Counted from the first letter of the stretch, positions 9,881 through 19,750 are shown. The stretch is 64,000 bases of DNA from an uncultured Nitrososphaerota archaeon (GCA_964586135.1 CAZPGS010000001.1:18761-82760); one strand, 5' to 3'. The notes: generated by a model not told the origin, from the letters alone. Numbers and translations: made by a program.

Positions 9881-10210
9881 TTACCCAAGGTGTGCGCGAA
9901 TTAGCTCTAAGATCTTCTCAAGGTCCTCACTTAAAAAGACCTTGTCCTCTTTAACAAGTAAGGTTCTAAGCTCTTCTATAGACGTGGGCAAGACATTTAC
10001 TATCTGCACCGCGGCCGCCCTAGAGATCTTGAATTTTTCCGTGAGGGCCTTGACGAGCTCCTTGGCTTTCTCAGGAGAAAGCTTTGAGAACTTAGAGGCA
10101 TGGGAAAGGGTAGCCATTTGATATGGGTCTAGAGGGCCTCGTTTCTGCCTTAGCTCAAGTAAATCGCGCACTTCTGGTAACGAAATTTCCTCTAGCTTCA
10201 ATACCTTCAT
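9881..10210 (-). CDS. rpoF: RNA polymerase subunit Rpo4 (F)
   Basis: ATG at 10210 (MKVLKLEEISLPEV); FSKLSPEKAKEL...IVNVLPTSIEELR; conserved position. Confidence 0.9.
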   Translation of the reverse strand: MKVLKLEEISLPEVRDLLELRQKRGPLDPYQMATLSHASKFSKLSPEKAKELVKALTEKFKISRAAAVQIVNVLPTSIEELRTLLVKEDKVFLSEDLEKILELIRAHLG

Positions 10211-10230
10211 CTCTAAGCCCTCACAACAGC

Positions 10231-10322
10231 GCGAGGACTCAACGGGAAGAATTCTCTCGCGAGGAGAATAAATATATTTATGTCTATGTCTTGGTGTTAT
10301 GCTGTTCAAGCCGAGTCCTCGC
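10231..10322. promoter_or_regulatory. Divergent rpoF/rpl21e promoter region: palindromic TATA flanked by 10-bp inverted repeats
   Basis: ATAAATATATTTAT palindrome at 10268-10281; GCGAGGACTC (10231-10240) and GAGTCCTCGC (10313-10322). Confidence 0.55.
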
Positions 10323-10338
10323 AAGGCCCTGAAACTGG

Positions 10339-10647
10339 GTGGTGGAGGTGAAGCGTTCCAAAGGTCTGAGGAGCAGGAGTAGAAACTTGTTATCAAAGCA
10401 CCCACGCGAACGTGGCATGAGAGGGTTGAGTTACTTGCTCGCTAAGTATAAGATAGGCGACAGAGTTTGCTTTGATGTAGATCCTTCAAAGGTCAGGACA
10501 GCACCTCATAGAAGATATCACGGACTCACAGGGGTAATAATAGGTAAGAGGGGTAGGGCGTATATAATCGAGGCTAAGCTTGGTGATAAGCGCAAAGTAA
10601 TAATAACCACGCCAGAGCACATAAAACCCCTCGGCGCTACGGCTTAA
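10339..10647 (+). CDS. rpl21e: 50S ribosomal protein L21e
   Basis: KRSKGLRSRSR, PHRRYHGLTG and PEHIKP motifs. True start may be GTG 10348. Confidence 0.95.
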   Translation: MVEVKRSKGLRSRSRNLLSKHPRERGMRGLSYLLAKYKIGDRVCFDVDPSKVRTAPHRRYHGLTGVIIGKRGRAYIIEAKLGDKRKVIITTPEHIKPLGATA

Positions 10648-11981
10648 TCCTCGACGTCCAAGACGTCCAGCTCTAGAACCTTAAGCTTCGTACCCAGAAC
10701 CTCTTGAAAACTGGGAGCAGTCCTGCCCTCATCTCCATGGATGAGCTCCTTGACGTAGAGACCTCCTTGACACTTTATCAAAACCTCAAAGGTTTTGTCC
10801 TTAACGTCTATCACCCTTACTTCATAGACCTTCTTTGTCCGCAACTTGTCAGCACGACGATGTAAGACCCTCTTAGGGGTCCACTGCTTTATGATAGCCC
10901 CTTGAAAGTAGTTGTTTAGGGCTTTAAGCTTTTCTCTTTCTAGGGGCTCCTCCATCTCCACAAGCGCTCTATAGATCTTCTTCTTTACGTGGGCCGAGAG
11001 TTTCAGCTTCCCTATGATCGACCTGTCCGTGTATGAAAGGTTCAAAACCTCTACGATCCCTTGAGACCTCTCATTAATTTTCTGCTGCAACTCCCCTAAG
11101 TCAATGAACCTCTTCTTGGGCTCCACGACCTCTATGGCGAAGGGTCTCCCCGAACCTAAGACCCTCACATCTATGTCCTCTCTCCCTGCTCCATGAAATC
11201 GGGCTCCACGAGCCTTAAAGGCCTCAACGACGGGTTTAGTTATGAGCTCCTCGACTGAGAGCTCATATCGCTTTCCTGTCCAATTGCACTCAGGACATCC
11301 ACCCCCTTTACACTTAGAGCAGAACCACTTGGATTGGGGTATTCCGCGAACCAGCTTTCTATAACGCCCGTACATGAAGATCGGGCTCGGCTTTATCTCC
11401 ACCTTCATCTTATGAAAGTCTAGTATTACGAGGATGTCGGGCTTTCGAAGATCCGGCTTTTTTCCGGACTTAGACATTATGATCAAGCTGGCCTCTCGGT
11501 TTATCTCCCTCTTTATGGACTCACCCCAATTCACTTCAAGGTAAGATCTTAAGCTGTCCTCCTTCTCTACTACGTTACCAGGTACTCTGCACCCGACGAG
11601 GTAAGTGTTGAAGTCGTATTCGAGCAGACTGGCGGCTGCCTCTTCCGCGAGGCGCTCTAGTGGCTCGTAGAGAAGACCTCCGCATGCTTCGCATGGGGTC
11701 GTCTCAGGCACTTCAAGGCCATTCTTGGCTAGGAGCTCTCTCGCGACCTTGAAGCCCGTCCTCGCTATGTTTCGTAAAATGCTGACAGCTTCTTGGCTTC
11801 CCTCGTTCAGGAGGCTTGAGGCTATCATGCATATAACGGTCTTCAGGCTCGAGCCCCTCGCCTCATTGCTTAAAGCGAAGCCTAAGTTGGCGAAGAACCT
11901 GCCAAAGCACTTGTCACAAAGAGCGGCTCTCTCCGCTAGTTTCAGGGCCTTTTCGATTACCTTTGATGTAGCGCTCAGCAT
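10644..11981 (-). CDS. pus10: tRNA pseudouridine(54/55) synthase Pus10
   Basis: LCDKCFGR, GRYRKLVRGIPQSKW, GAGREDIDVR and GGLYVKELIHGD motifs. Confidence 0.95.
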   Translation of the reverse strand: MLSATSKVIEKALKLAERAALCDKCFGRFFANLGFALSNEARGSSLKTVICMIASSLLNEGSQEAVSILRNIARTGFKVARELLAKNGLEVPETTPCEACGGLLYEPLERLAEEAAASLLEYDFNTYLVGCRVPGNVVEKEDSLRSYLEVNWGESIKREINREASLIIMSKSGKKPDLRKPDILVILDFHKMKVEIKPSPIFMYGRYRKLVRGIPQSKWFCSKCKGGGCPECNWTGKRYELSVEELITKPVVEAFKARGARFHGAGREDIDVRVLGSGRPFAIEVVEPKKRFIDLGELQQKINERSQGIVEVLNLSYTDRSIIGKLKLSAHVKKKIYRALVEMEEPLEREKLKALNNYFQGAIIKQWTPKRVLHRRADKLRTKKVYEVRVIDVKDKTFEVLIKCQGGLYVKELIHGDEGRTAPSFQEVLGTKLKVLELDVLDVED

Positions 11982-12017
11982 GCATAGAGCCTCTGTTGCT
12001 CGATTGGAGCCTCTGCA

Positions 12018-13331
12018 TCAGAGATGGGGGAAGAGCCTCTTTTTTTGCTTTCTCAGCAAGGTCTTTACCATTCGTCTCATCGCTTCGTAGGCGTCCAGGA
12101 GCTCTTTAACCTCCTTAACCTTTACGCCGCTACCTCGGGCTATCCTCCTCATCCTGGACCTATTTATTATCTCGGGGCGTTCCAGTTCTTCTCGGGTCAT
12201 GGATTTGACTATGACGGTCCACTTTTCGAGCTTTTCTCTTGCCACATCTGCTATCTCGTCGGGCAAGCTCAAGCCGAAACCCGGTATCATCTCCAGGATT
12301 TTTTGCAAAGGACCTAGCTTTTTGAGTCCTTCGAGCTGGTTGATCATGTCCTCAAGCGTGAACTTGCCGCTGACTAAGCCTTTCATCTCCCTCTCTTTGA
12401 GCGACGCCTCCTTCACCTTCTCTGCCAGCGACTTGAGGTCTCCCATCCCTAAGAGGCGGCTCACGAAGCTTGACGGTTCAAAGACCTCAAGCTCCTTAAC
12501 ATCCTCACCGACTCCTACGAACTTGATCCGCGCGCCCGTAGCGACGACGGCCGAGAGGGCGCCTCCTCCCCTCGCGGCCCCGTCGAGCTTAGTGACTATT
12601 ATCGACCCGATCTTAGCCGCATTATTGAAAGCTTCTGCTTGGGATTTGGCCTGCTGACCTATCGTAGCATCTATCACAAGCATGACCTCATCTGGCCTTA
12701 TGGCCTCTGACAATTGCTTCATCTCCTCCATTAGAGCGTGTTCGTTCTTATGTCGCCCAGCCGTGTCGATTATTATGACGTTACAGCCCATGTCCTTAAG
12801 GACCTCAACACCTCTAAGAGCTATTTCCACGGGGTCCCCCGTCTTCTCGCCGTAAAACATGATCCCGGCCTCCATAGCCAATTGCTTTAACTGGTCATAG
12901 GCTCCTGGCCTGAACGTATCTGCGCAGAGTACACCGGGGTGATATCCTTTCCTTTTGTAGAACCACGCCAGTTTAGCGGCAGTAGTGGTCTTGCCGGACC
13001 CCTGTACCCCTACCAGCATAAGCACGATGGGCTTGTTCGTAGGGTATAGTACGTCAGGCTGCCTCTCCCCTCCCAAAAGTTCTACGAGGGAGTCGTAGAG
13101 GGCTTTTAACGTGACCTCCCTTCGAGTAAAGCCCGAGGGCACGGGCTCTTTGAGGGCCTTCTCCTCAACCTTTTGGGTAACCTTGAGGACTAGTTCGACG
13201 TTGACGTCTGCTAGTAGGAGTGCCCTCTGCACGTCCTTAATCAGCTCTTTAACTGCAAGCTCGTCTGCCACGGGCCTTCCCAAGAATTTCTTTATGGCCT
13301 CTCGAAGCGATGAACCTAGCTTACTTAACAT
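12018..13331 (-). CDS. srp54: Signal recognition particle protein SRP54
   Basis: GVQGSGKTTT, DTFRPGA, DTAGRH, TKLDG and the M domain (RIARGSG). ATG at 13331. Confidence 0.97.
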   Translation of the reverse strand: MLSKLGSSLREAIKKFLGRPVADELAVKELIKDVQRALLLADVNVELVLKVTQKVEEKALKEPVPSGFTRREVTLKALYDSLVELLGGERQPDVLYPTNKPIVLMLVGVQGSGKTTTAAKLAWFYKRKGYHPGVLCADTFRPGAYDQLKQLAMEAGIMFYGEKTGDPVEIALRGVEVLKDMGCNVIIIDTAGRHKNEHALMEEMKQLSEAIRPDEVMLVIDATIGQQAKSQAEAFNNAAKIGSIIVTKLDGAARGGGALSAVVATGARIKFVGVGEDVKELEVFEPSSFVSRLLGMGDLKSLAEKVKEASLKEREMKGLVSGKFTLEDMINQLEGLKKLGPLQKILEMIPGFGLSLPDEIADVAREKLEKWTVIVKSMTREELERPEIINRSRMRRIARGSGVKVKEVKELLDAYEAMRRMVKTLLRKQKKRLFPHL

Positions 13332-13400
13332 CGATATCAAAATCCCTTGTTAGCGGATATGCTTAAATCTATAGCGCTGCTTTCAGTTCTTGCTTTGGAC

Positions 13401-14474
13401 ATGTATGAGTTAAAGATTGATGAGGTCTTGGACTTCGTGCGCAAAAAAGGCGCAAGGAGGCTGCTCTTGCAATTTGCCAATGGGTTAAAGCAGAATTCGT
13501 GCTCTGTCGTAGAAGAGCTAAGTAGAGAACTGCCTAGTGTTGAGGTCTTAGTCTCAGGCTCTAGTTGCTACGGCGCTTGCGATGTGGCGTTTGAGGAAGC
13601 AGTGAGGGTCGGCGCCGACACGATTGTCCACTATGGGCACACACCTTTCCCAGAGGCCTTCACCCACGCCAATAAGCTTGGCGTCGGAGTGTTCTTCGTG
13701 GAGGCCTTTTCGAGGACGGAGCTTCTGTTCAAGGCCGTCGATAGAGCTCTTGACGTTTTACGCTCGATGGAGAATGTCGCTAACGTAGGCATCACTGCAT
13801 CTCTCCAAGAAGTCCCCTATATAGAGCCAATTAAGCAACGCCTCGAGAGGGAGGGCTTTTGGGCCCACGTGGGCACAGGCTCCAAAAGGGTCAAATACGC
13901 TGGACAGGTTTTAGGTTGTGATTACACATCGGCCCTCTCCATTAGGGACAAGGTCGAGGGCTTCGTGCACTTGGGCGGAGGGCTTTTCCACGCCCTAGGC
14001 TTGGGGCTAGCAACCCAAAGTCCTGTAGTGCTGTGCGATCCCTACAGGGGTGAGGCTCAAGATATCGGGCATGTAGTGAGGAAAGTTAAGGCGACGAGGT
14101 TGTACTATGTGACCCAGGCCATGGAAGAGGCAAAGCGGTATTGCATAGTCATTGGATGTAAGTGGCGGCAAAGGCACTTGCACTCCGCAATGAAGGTAAA
14201 AGGATTACTCGAGAAAAAGGGGAAGAAGGTCTATCTCCTAACCTTGCATGAAGTATCACCGCAAGCCTTGGAGAACTTTCCGGAGCCCGACGCCTTCGTC
14301 ATAACTGCTTGCCCTAGAATCCCAATCGATGACTACATGAACTACAGAAGGCCCGTGCTGACGGTTCTTGAAGCGTTAATAGTGGCCGGAGAATTAAAGC
14401 TTGAGGAGTGGTCTTTGTGTGATTGGAAGCTTAACGAAAAAGCAACTCGCGATGTTGCTTTCGAAGGTAAATGA
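13401..14474 (+). CDS. dph2: Diphthamide biosynthesis enzyme Dph2
   Basis: CYGACD, HYGH, GQVLGCD and TACPRI (Fe-S cysteines). ATG at 13401. Confidence 0.92.
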   Translation: MYELKIDEVLDFVRKKGARRLLLQFANGLKQNSCSVVEELSRELPSVEVLVSGSSCYGACDVAFEEAVRVGADTIVHYGHTPFPEAFTHANKLGVGVFFVEAFSRTELLFKAVDRALDVLRSMENVANVGITASLQEVPYIEPIKQRLEREGFWAHVGTGSKRVKYAGQVLGCDYTSALSIRDKVEGFVHLGGGLFHALGLGLATQSPVVLCDPYRGEAQDIGHVVRKVKATRLYYVTQAMEEAKRYCIVIGCKWRQRHLHSAMKVKGLLEKKGKKVYLLTLHEVSPQALENFPEPDAFVITACPRIPIDDYMNYRRPVLTVLEALIVAGELKLEEWSLCDWKLNEKATRDVAFEGK

Positions 14475-15054
14475 GCATCCAGAGCCCAAGGTCTCGCTGG
14501 AGCAATACACATTAGTAAGCGAAGAAGTGAGCGACTTATTGTGGACCATAGAGACGGTATTCGGCGACATAAGCCGAAAGGTGCTCGTAGACTTGGGTTG
14601 CGGAACTGGGAGGTTGGCCATAGGCTCAGCGCTACTTGGCGCGAGCTACGTCATTGGTGTCGACATAGATGAAGTCGCGCTGAGGGTAGCCGCCAACTCT
14701 GCTAAAAAATTGGGGGTTGAGGACAGGACTTCGTGGATTTTGGGCTCGGTGAAAAACCTCAACCTGAGGGCTGACGTCGTGATCCAAAACCCTCCTTATG
14801 GTGTAAAAAGGGAGGGGGCTGACAGACCCTTCTTGGAGGCCGCCTTGAGAATAGCTCCAATAGTCTACAGTCTACATAAATCAGGTCAGAGGAACAGGCG
14901 GTTTCTGAAAAGGTTTATCAAGGACTTGGACGGTGTAATTGACAGAATCATACCTCTTAAAGTGACCATAAAGCCGATCTTCAAGTTTCACACGAAGAGA
15001 AGCTACAAGGTCGATGTGGACCTTTATAGGATAATAAGGGGTGAGAAGACGTGA
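14419..15054 (+). CDS. METTL5-family RNA methyltransferase
   Basis: LEQY, DLGCGTG and QNPPYG motifs; conserved dph2-METTL5-csl4 order. GTG 14419 is the likely start. Confidence 0.88.
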   Translation: MIGSLTKKQLAMLLSKVNEHPEPKVSLEQYTLVSEEVSDLLWTIETVFGDISRKVLVDLGCGTGRLAIGSALLGASYVIGVDIDEVALRVAANSAKKLGVEDRTSWILGSVKNLNLRADVVIQNPPYGVKREGADRPFLEAALRIAPIVYSLHKSGQRNRRFLKRFIKDLDGVIDRIIPLKVTIKPIFKFHTKRSYKVDVDLYRIIRGEKT

Positions 15055-15629
15055 GCGAAAAAGTGTTGAAGGACGTCGTGGTCCCAGGAGAGGAAATAGG
15101 CATCATAGAGGAGTTCCTACCGGGGGAGGGCACATATGTAGAGGGCAACTCCGTAAGGTCGATGATTCTAGGCACGGCCGTTTTGGACATCGATGAGAGA
15201 AAAGCGAGGGTCTACTCATTGATTAAAAGAGGGCCCCTTGCTATAGAGAGGGGCGATGTAGTGCTAGGCGAGGTCACCGGAATGAGAAGGGATGTTGCGA
15301 TAGTACTAATAAAGAATGTCGAGGGCAAAAATTTGGTTTTAAAGGAGGCGCTTCACGGAATGCTTCACATAAGTCAAGTTAGTGACAAATTTGTGGAATT
15401 TTTGTCTGATGTAGTGAAAGTAACGGACATTCTGAGGGCTAAGGTAATAAACTCGAGGCCTCCCTACCAATTGTCGATTAAGGGAAGGGATTTAGGCGTC
15501 ATAGTGGCTTTTTGCTCTAATTGCCAAACCCCCATGATTATTAAGAATAGAAAACTTTATTGTCCAAGGTGTAAAGTGCAAGAGAAAAGGAAGCTCTCCA
15601 CGAAGTACTCGATCAACCTCAAGCTGTAG
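15051..15629 (+). CDS. csl4: Exosome RNA-binding subunit Csl4
   Basis: VVPGEEIG..EEF N-terminus, S1 domain and C-terminal CxxC..CxxC ribbon. Confidence 0.92.
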   Translation: MSEKVLKDVVVPGEEIGIIEEFLPGEGTYVEGNSVRSMILGTAVLDIDERKARVYSLIKRGPLAIERGDVVLGEVTGMRRDVAIVLIKNVEGKNLVLKEALHGMLHISQVSDKFVEFLSDVVKVTDILRAKVINSRPPYQLSIKGRDLGVIVAFCSNCQTPMIIKNRKLYCPRCKVQEKRKLSTKYSINLKL

Positions 15630-15632
15630 TGG

Positions 15633-15935
15633 TTGATAGTAATGAAGATAAGGGTATTGGAAAAAAGCGAGAAAAGCCTGAAGATAGAGATAATAGGAGA
15701 GGGGCATACATTCTGCAATTTGTTGAGGGACTTCTTGCTGAGAAATCCTAATGTCGAATTCGCGGCCTATAAAATTGACCACCCATTAATTTCTAACCCG
15801 GTGTTTTACGTAAGGACTAAGGACGGGAAGCCTGATGAGGCGTTGAAAAAAGCGACCGAAGACATCATAGTTGCTCTTGAAGATTTCAAAAGGGTCTTTA
15901 GCTTTGCTTTAAACAAACAAAGGGCCATATCATGA
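15633..15935 (+). CDS. rpoL: RNA polymerase subunit Rpo11 (L)
   Basis: GEGHTFCNLL...AAYKIDHPL motif. Confidence 0.95.
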   Translation: MIVMKIRVLEKSEKSLKIEIIGEGHTFCNLLRDFLLRNPNVEFAAYKIDHPLISNPVFYVRTKDGKPDEALKKATEDIIVALEDFKRVFSFALNKQRAIS

Positions 15936-16333
15936 AGAGAGAGCGAAGAGTTCTGGCCATAGCCGGAGATGAGCGCGTCGTAGTCGGCGTCCTATATAGA
16001 GGGAAGCTTTGGTTTGAGAGCTTAGAAGTAAAGGTTTTAGATAAAAAAGGGGTTTGTGAGGTCTTTAAGTCGAGATACCTGGACCAAGCGAGGACCATTC
16101 TTATCGATGAAGAGCTCTTGAAGCACTTAAAGATCAATATCGAAGAGAACTTTTCGGCTTTAATTCCAAAAAGAGGAGGGGTCGAAGTAATAATAATTAG
16201 TGAGGAGGGCGCTTCCATTTCTCGTGAAAAGATCAAGAAGTTATGCGTCCAAGGTGACGTCCCAGAAGCCTTAAGAGTGGCAAGGAGGATTTTTAACGAA
16301 GTACGAAGCATAATCGGAGACTATTTGAGGTGA
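15932..16333 (+). CDS. Shortened, degenerate DUF99-like protein
   Basis: Occupies the usual DUF99 slot (rpoL-X-tfs); VVVGVLYRG and VPEALRVAR segments resemble the DUF99 termini. Confidence 0.55.
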   Translation: MKRERRVLAIAGDERVVVGVLYRGKLWFESLEVKVLDKKGVCEVFKSRYLDQARTILIDEELLKHLKINIEENFSALIPKRGGVEVIIISEEGASISREKIKKLCVQGDVPEALRVARRIFNEVRSIIGDYLR

Positions 16334-16668
16334 GAGCTCTGCTACCACTATGTCCAAGATGCGGTACCCTCATGACCTTAAAGAGGGGGGGCGAGAAATC
16401 CCTTTGGACTTGCAAGCGCTGCGGCTATTCAGAAGAGAGAGTACAACTTGTGAAGAGGGAGCACATAGCCCACAGCGAGAAGGAGAGGGTAATAGTCGTT
16501 GAAGAGGGCAGCTCCTACAAGGCCATGCCCAAAACGACGGCGGCGTGCCCGGAGTGCGGACATAACGAGGCCTATTATTGGATGGTTCAAACGCGTAGAG
16601 GAGACGAGGGTATGACGAGGTTCTATCGGTGCACGAAGTGTGGGAGGACGTGGAGGGAGTACCATTAA
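16330..16668 (+). CDS. tfs: Transcription factor S (TFS)
   Basis: Two Zn ribbons and a QTRRGDEG acidic hairpin. Confidence 0.93.
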   Translation: MRALLPLCPRCGTLMTLKRGGEKSLWTCKRCGYSEERVQLVKREHIAHSEKERVIVVEEGSSYKAMPKTTAACPECGHNEAYYWMVQTRRGDEGMTRFYRCTKCGRTWREYH

Positions 16669-16740
16669 TTAGGACGGGCATTAATTAGAGTTAAATAGTT
16701 AAATATCGAAATCTACCTCCTCTAGTTAGGAGGGCGGCTT

Positions 16741-17490
16741 ATGTTTAAAGCTGTGTTTAGAGACGCAAGGTTGTGGTACAGGATAATTGACGCACTGTCT
16801 TCGCTGATAAGCGAGGGCACCATCAAGATAAGCGAGGACGGGCTGAGGCTGAGGGCCATGGACCCATCGAAGATAGCGATGATAGATTTCGAGATGCCCC
16901 GAGACGCCTTTGACGAATATCAGTGCGAGGGAGAGCTCACCATAGGCCTCAACTTTGATGAGTTGAAGAATATGGTTAAGAGGGGAAGTGCTAAAGAAAA
17001 GGTCCAGCTCGAGGTGCCACCTACTGGCGGAAGGCTAAAGATAGTGCTGAAGGGCAAGGCTTCGAGGAGCTTCGCACTACCCCTGATAGATGTGGAGCAT
17101 GAAGAGTTACCCACGCCCTCGCTCTCATTTAACGTTAAGGCTACGGTGTTGGCTGACATATTTGAAGACGCTTTAAAGGATGTGGAGCTAGTTAGCGACT
17201 ATGTTAAGCTGGAGGGCCGGGGCAATGCAATCATAGTGAAGGGCCAAAGCGATAAGGGTGAGGTCGAGGCGACGTTGACCTCTGAGACCGGGGCCCTTTT
17301 AGAGCTAGAGGTCAAGGAGGAATCCGTTGCCTCCTATAGCTTGGAGTACTTAATGGACATGGTTAAGGCGAACAAGACTGCTGAAGTGACAACCCTCGAG
17401 TTCTCGACTGGGATGCCTCTAAGCCTGACATTTCCAATTCCGGGCGGAGGGACCATAAGATACTACTTGGCCCCTAGACTCGAGGAGTAA
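16741..17490 (+). CDS. pcn: DNA sliding clamp PCNA
   Basis: LRAMDPSKIAMID, YSLEYL and YYLAPR motifs. Confidence 0.97.
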   Translation: MFKAVFRDARLWYRIIDALSSLISEGTIKISEDGLRLRAMDPSKIAMIDFEMPRDAFDEYQCEGELTIGLNFDELKNMVKRGSAKEKVQLEVPPTGGRLKIVLKGKASRSFALPLIDVEHEELPTPSLSFNVKATVLADIFEDALKDVELVSDYVKLEGRGNAIIVKGQSDKGEVEATLTSETGALLELEVKEESVASYSLEYLMDMVKANKTAEVTTLEFSTGMPLSLTFPIPGGGTIRYYLAPRLEE

Positions 17491-17501
17491 AGAAGAGAGC
17501 T

Positions 17502-18530
17502 ATGATTTTTTCCAAAATAGATGCCGCAACGTATCCTTTCATAAATTTGGCCTCGCAATTAGTAAGAGAGCTCGAGAAGAACTTGGGAATAAGTGCCATA
17601 TTATCCCCTGACTCAGAAGTGCTTCGAAGAAGCATCGAGAGAATAAGGGAAGCCGTATATTCTCGCACGACTTCGGTCTACAAGAAGGACCTGGACATAG
17701 AGATCTTGTCACACCCCGTCGCGCTGTTGCTCATAAAGCACATGAACAATGCGAAACTGGTAAACATATACGCCGAGGCCGAGAAGAATAGGGCCTTAGT
17801 GAACCTTCTCAAGGAAGATTATGAGAAGCTAATGGCTCTGGCGGTCGACGGCTTTAATTGGCACGTCAGAAAGGAAGGGGGCTACCTCTTTATCAGGTTC
17901 GACGATTACCTCAAAACTTCTGTTAACATGTTAGACGCCTATTGGAAACTCGTGAATAGGAGGCTCGTGAATGGTTATGTCGAGCTACCTCGGAGGGACT
18001 TCTCTAGGCTCTTGGCCGAGGCCTACAGAGTAAGGATCTTGGAAAGGGCTGGTCAGGCAGAGGACGTCCAAGTACCCAGCGCTCTTAAGCTGGTAATTGA
18101 GGAACTTGACAAAGAGTTCCGAGCCGCCCTCCCAAAGGTCGACATGGATACAACATACGTTAACGAGTACAAGCCTTCAGCTTTCCCGCCTTGCGTTTCG
18201 AAATTACTAGAAGAGGCCGAGCAAGGCAAGAACCTCTCTCACATGGCCCGCTTTACTCTCGCCACGTTTTTAATATCTATAGGGAAGAGGCCCGAAGAGC
18301 TGCTTAACGTATTCCGTAAGATGCCCGACTTCGATGAAGGTAAGACACTTTATCACTTAAGACATATAGCAGGTGAGTTAGGATCTAGAACGAGGTACAC
18401 TCCACCTAGCTGCGCGACTTTAAGGACGTTCGGCCTCTGCGTGGCGAATGACAGCCTTTGTCAAAAGGTCAAGCACCCCCTAACTTACTACAGTAAAAAG
18501 CTCAAGCTGTTGAAGAGGGAGAGGACTTGA
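17502..18530 (+). CDS. priL: DNA primase large subunit
   Basis: YPF, FPPCV, LSHMARF, YTPPSC and HPLTYY (Fe-S domain). Confidence 0.92.
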   Translation: MIFSKIDAATYPFINLASQLVRELEKNLGISAILSPDSEVLRRSIERIREAVYSRTTSVYKKDLDIEILSHPVALLLIKHMNNAKLVNIYAEAEKNRALVNLLKEDYEKLMALAVDGFNWHVRKEGGYLFIRFDDYLKTSVNMLDAYWKLVNRRLVNGYVELPRRDFSRLLAEAYRVRILERAGQAEDVQVPSALKLVIEELDKEFRAALPKVDMDTTYVNEYKPSAFPPCVSKLLEEAEQGKNLSHMARFTLATFLISIGKRPEELLNVFRKMPDFDEGKTLYHLRHIAGELGSRTRYTPPSCATLRTFGLCVANDSLCQKVKHPLTYYSKKLKLLKRERT

Positions 18531-19750
18531 AAAAACTCGATAACGAGAGCTTCATAAAGAAAATGTCTAAAAGGTATTACATCGAGTGGAAAGAGGAGCC
18601 GCCTAAGGACTTCAGTAGAAGAGAGTTCGCTTTCGTGGTCTCGAGGAAAGGCGAGGTTATAAGGCATAAAGCCTTCGAGAAATGGAGTGATGTTAAGGAA
18701 TTCCTTTGCAAGAACTCTCCACTTCACGTCTATTACTCGTCAGCCTATTACGCACAGCCATCAGCTCCAGATATGGACGCTAAGGAGTGGATGGGCGCTG
18801 ACCTCGTCTTCGACATAGACGTAGACCACATATACACTCCATGTAAAGAGCAACACGATAAGTGGATGTGTCTAAATTGTGGTGCTATAGGTAATGGCAT
18901 GCCTCCCGAAGAGTGTCTTAAGTGTTCCAGCAAGAGAATAGAGGCGAAGACTTGGTTCTGTGAGAAGTGCCTCGAGATAGCCAAGGAAGAGACCATAAAG
19001 CTAGTCGAAGACTTCCTAATCCAAGACTTTGGCCTCTCGCCTCAAGAAATCTCCATCGTGTTCTCGGGGCGGAGGGGCTTCCACATCCACGTAGAAAGTG
19101 ATGTTGTGAGAGAATTGGACCAAAGAGCTAGGAGAGAGATAGTTGACTATGTAAGGGGCACTGGACTCATGGTACAGGACAAGAAAAGGAGGGCCCTTGC
19201 ACCTCCCTTGAACGCTGGAGGGTGGCCCGGAAGGATCGCTAAGGGGGTTTACGAGCTTCTCAATTCTGGCAATGTAGAGGGTCTTTTGAACATTAAAGGA
19301 GGGTCTAAAGCGGAGGAGGCGATAAGAGCCATAATTAAAAGGCTTGAGGAATCTCAAGACTATTGGCCTTTAGAGGGCGTCACGCGCAGAGTATGGCTCA
19401 AGGTCGTTGAGAAAGTTATAGCGCATAAGCATTGCGAGGTCGACGAGAGGGTGACGACGGACATAAAGAGGTTAATAAGATTACCTGGGACGTTACACGG
19501 GGGGACGGGACTCATAGCAGCCAAAGTCCGCTTGAGTGGCATAGAGTCCTTCGACCCCTACGTGCACGCCGTGGCCTTCCTAAAAGGCAACGTCAAAGTC
19601 AAGGTTTTAAACATGCCTGAGATAACCTTCCTCAACCAGACGTGGGGCCCGTACAACAATGAGGTCGTGGAGCTACCCATAGGACTGGCTGTGTATTTAA
19701 TATGCTCGGAAAACGCTATCCTGGTCAGCGAGGAGGTCGAAGTTGATTAA
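18527..19750 (+). CDS. priS: DNA primase small subunit
   Basis: REFAF, DLVFDID, FSGRRGFH and DIKRLIRLPGTLH motifs, with a Zn-binding insert. Confidence 0.95.
   Translation: MKKLDNESFIKKMSKRYYIEWKEEPPKDFSRREFAFVVSRKGEVIRHKAFEKWSDVKEFLCKNSPLHVYYSSAYYAQPSAPDMDAKEWMGADLVFDIDVDHIYTPCKEQHDKWMCLNCGAIGNGMPPEECLKCSSKRIEAKTWFCEKCLEIAKEETIKLVEDFLIQDFGLSPQEISIVFSGRRGFHIHVESDVVRELDQRARREIVDYVRGTGLMVQDKKRRALAPPLNAGGWPGRIAKGVYELLNSGNVEGLLNIKGGSKAEEAIRAIIKRLEESQDYWPLEGVTRRVWLKVVEKVIAHKHCEVDERVTTDIKRLIRLPGTLHGGTGLIAAKVRLSGIESFDPYVHAVAFLKGNVKVKVLNMPEITFLNQTWGPYNNEVVELPIGLAVYLICSENAILVSEEVEVD

Noticed and set aside
15627..15635. csl4 TAG in frame with rpoL, suggesting genome-wide amber (pyrrolysine) recoding
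   Set aside because: TAG ends rpl3, rpl22, rpl23, rps19, psmA, eif2a and ychF at their expected C-termini. In-frame adjacency occurs by chance about one time in three.
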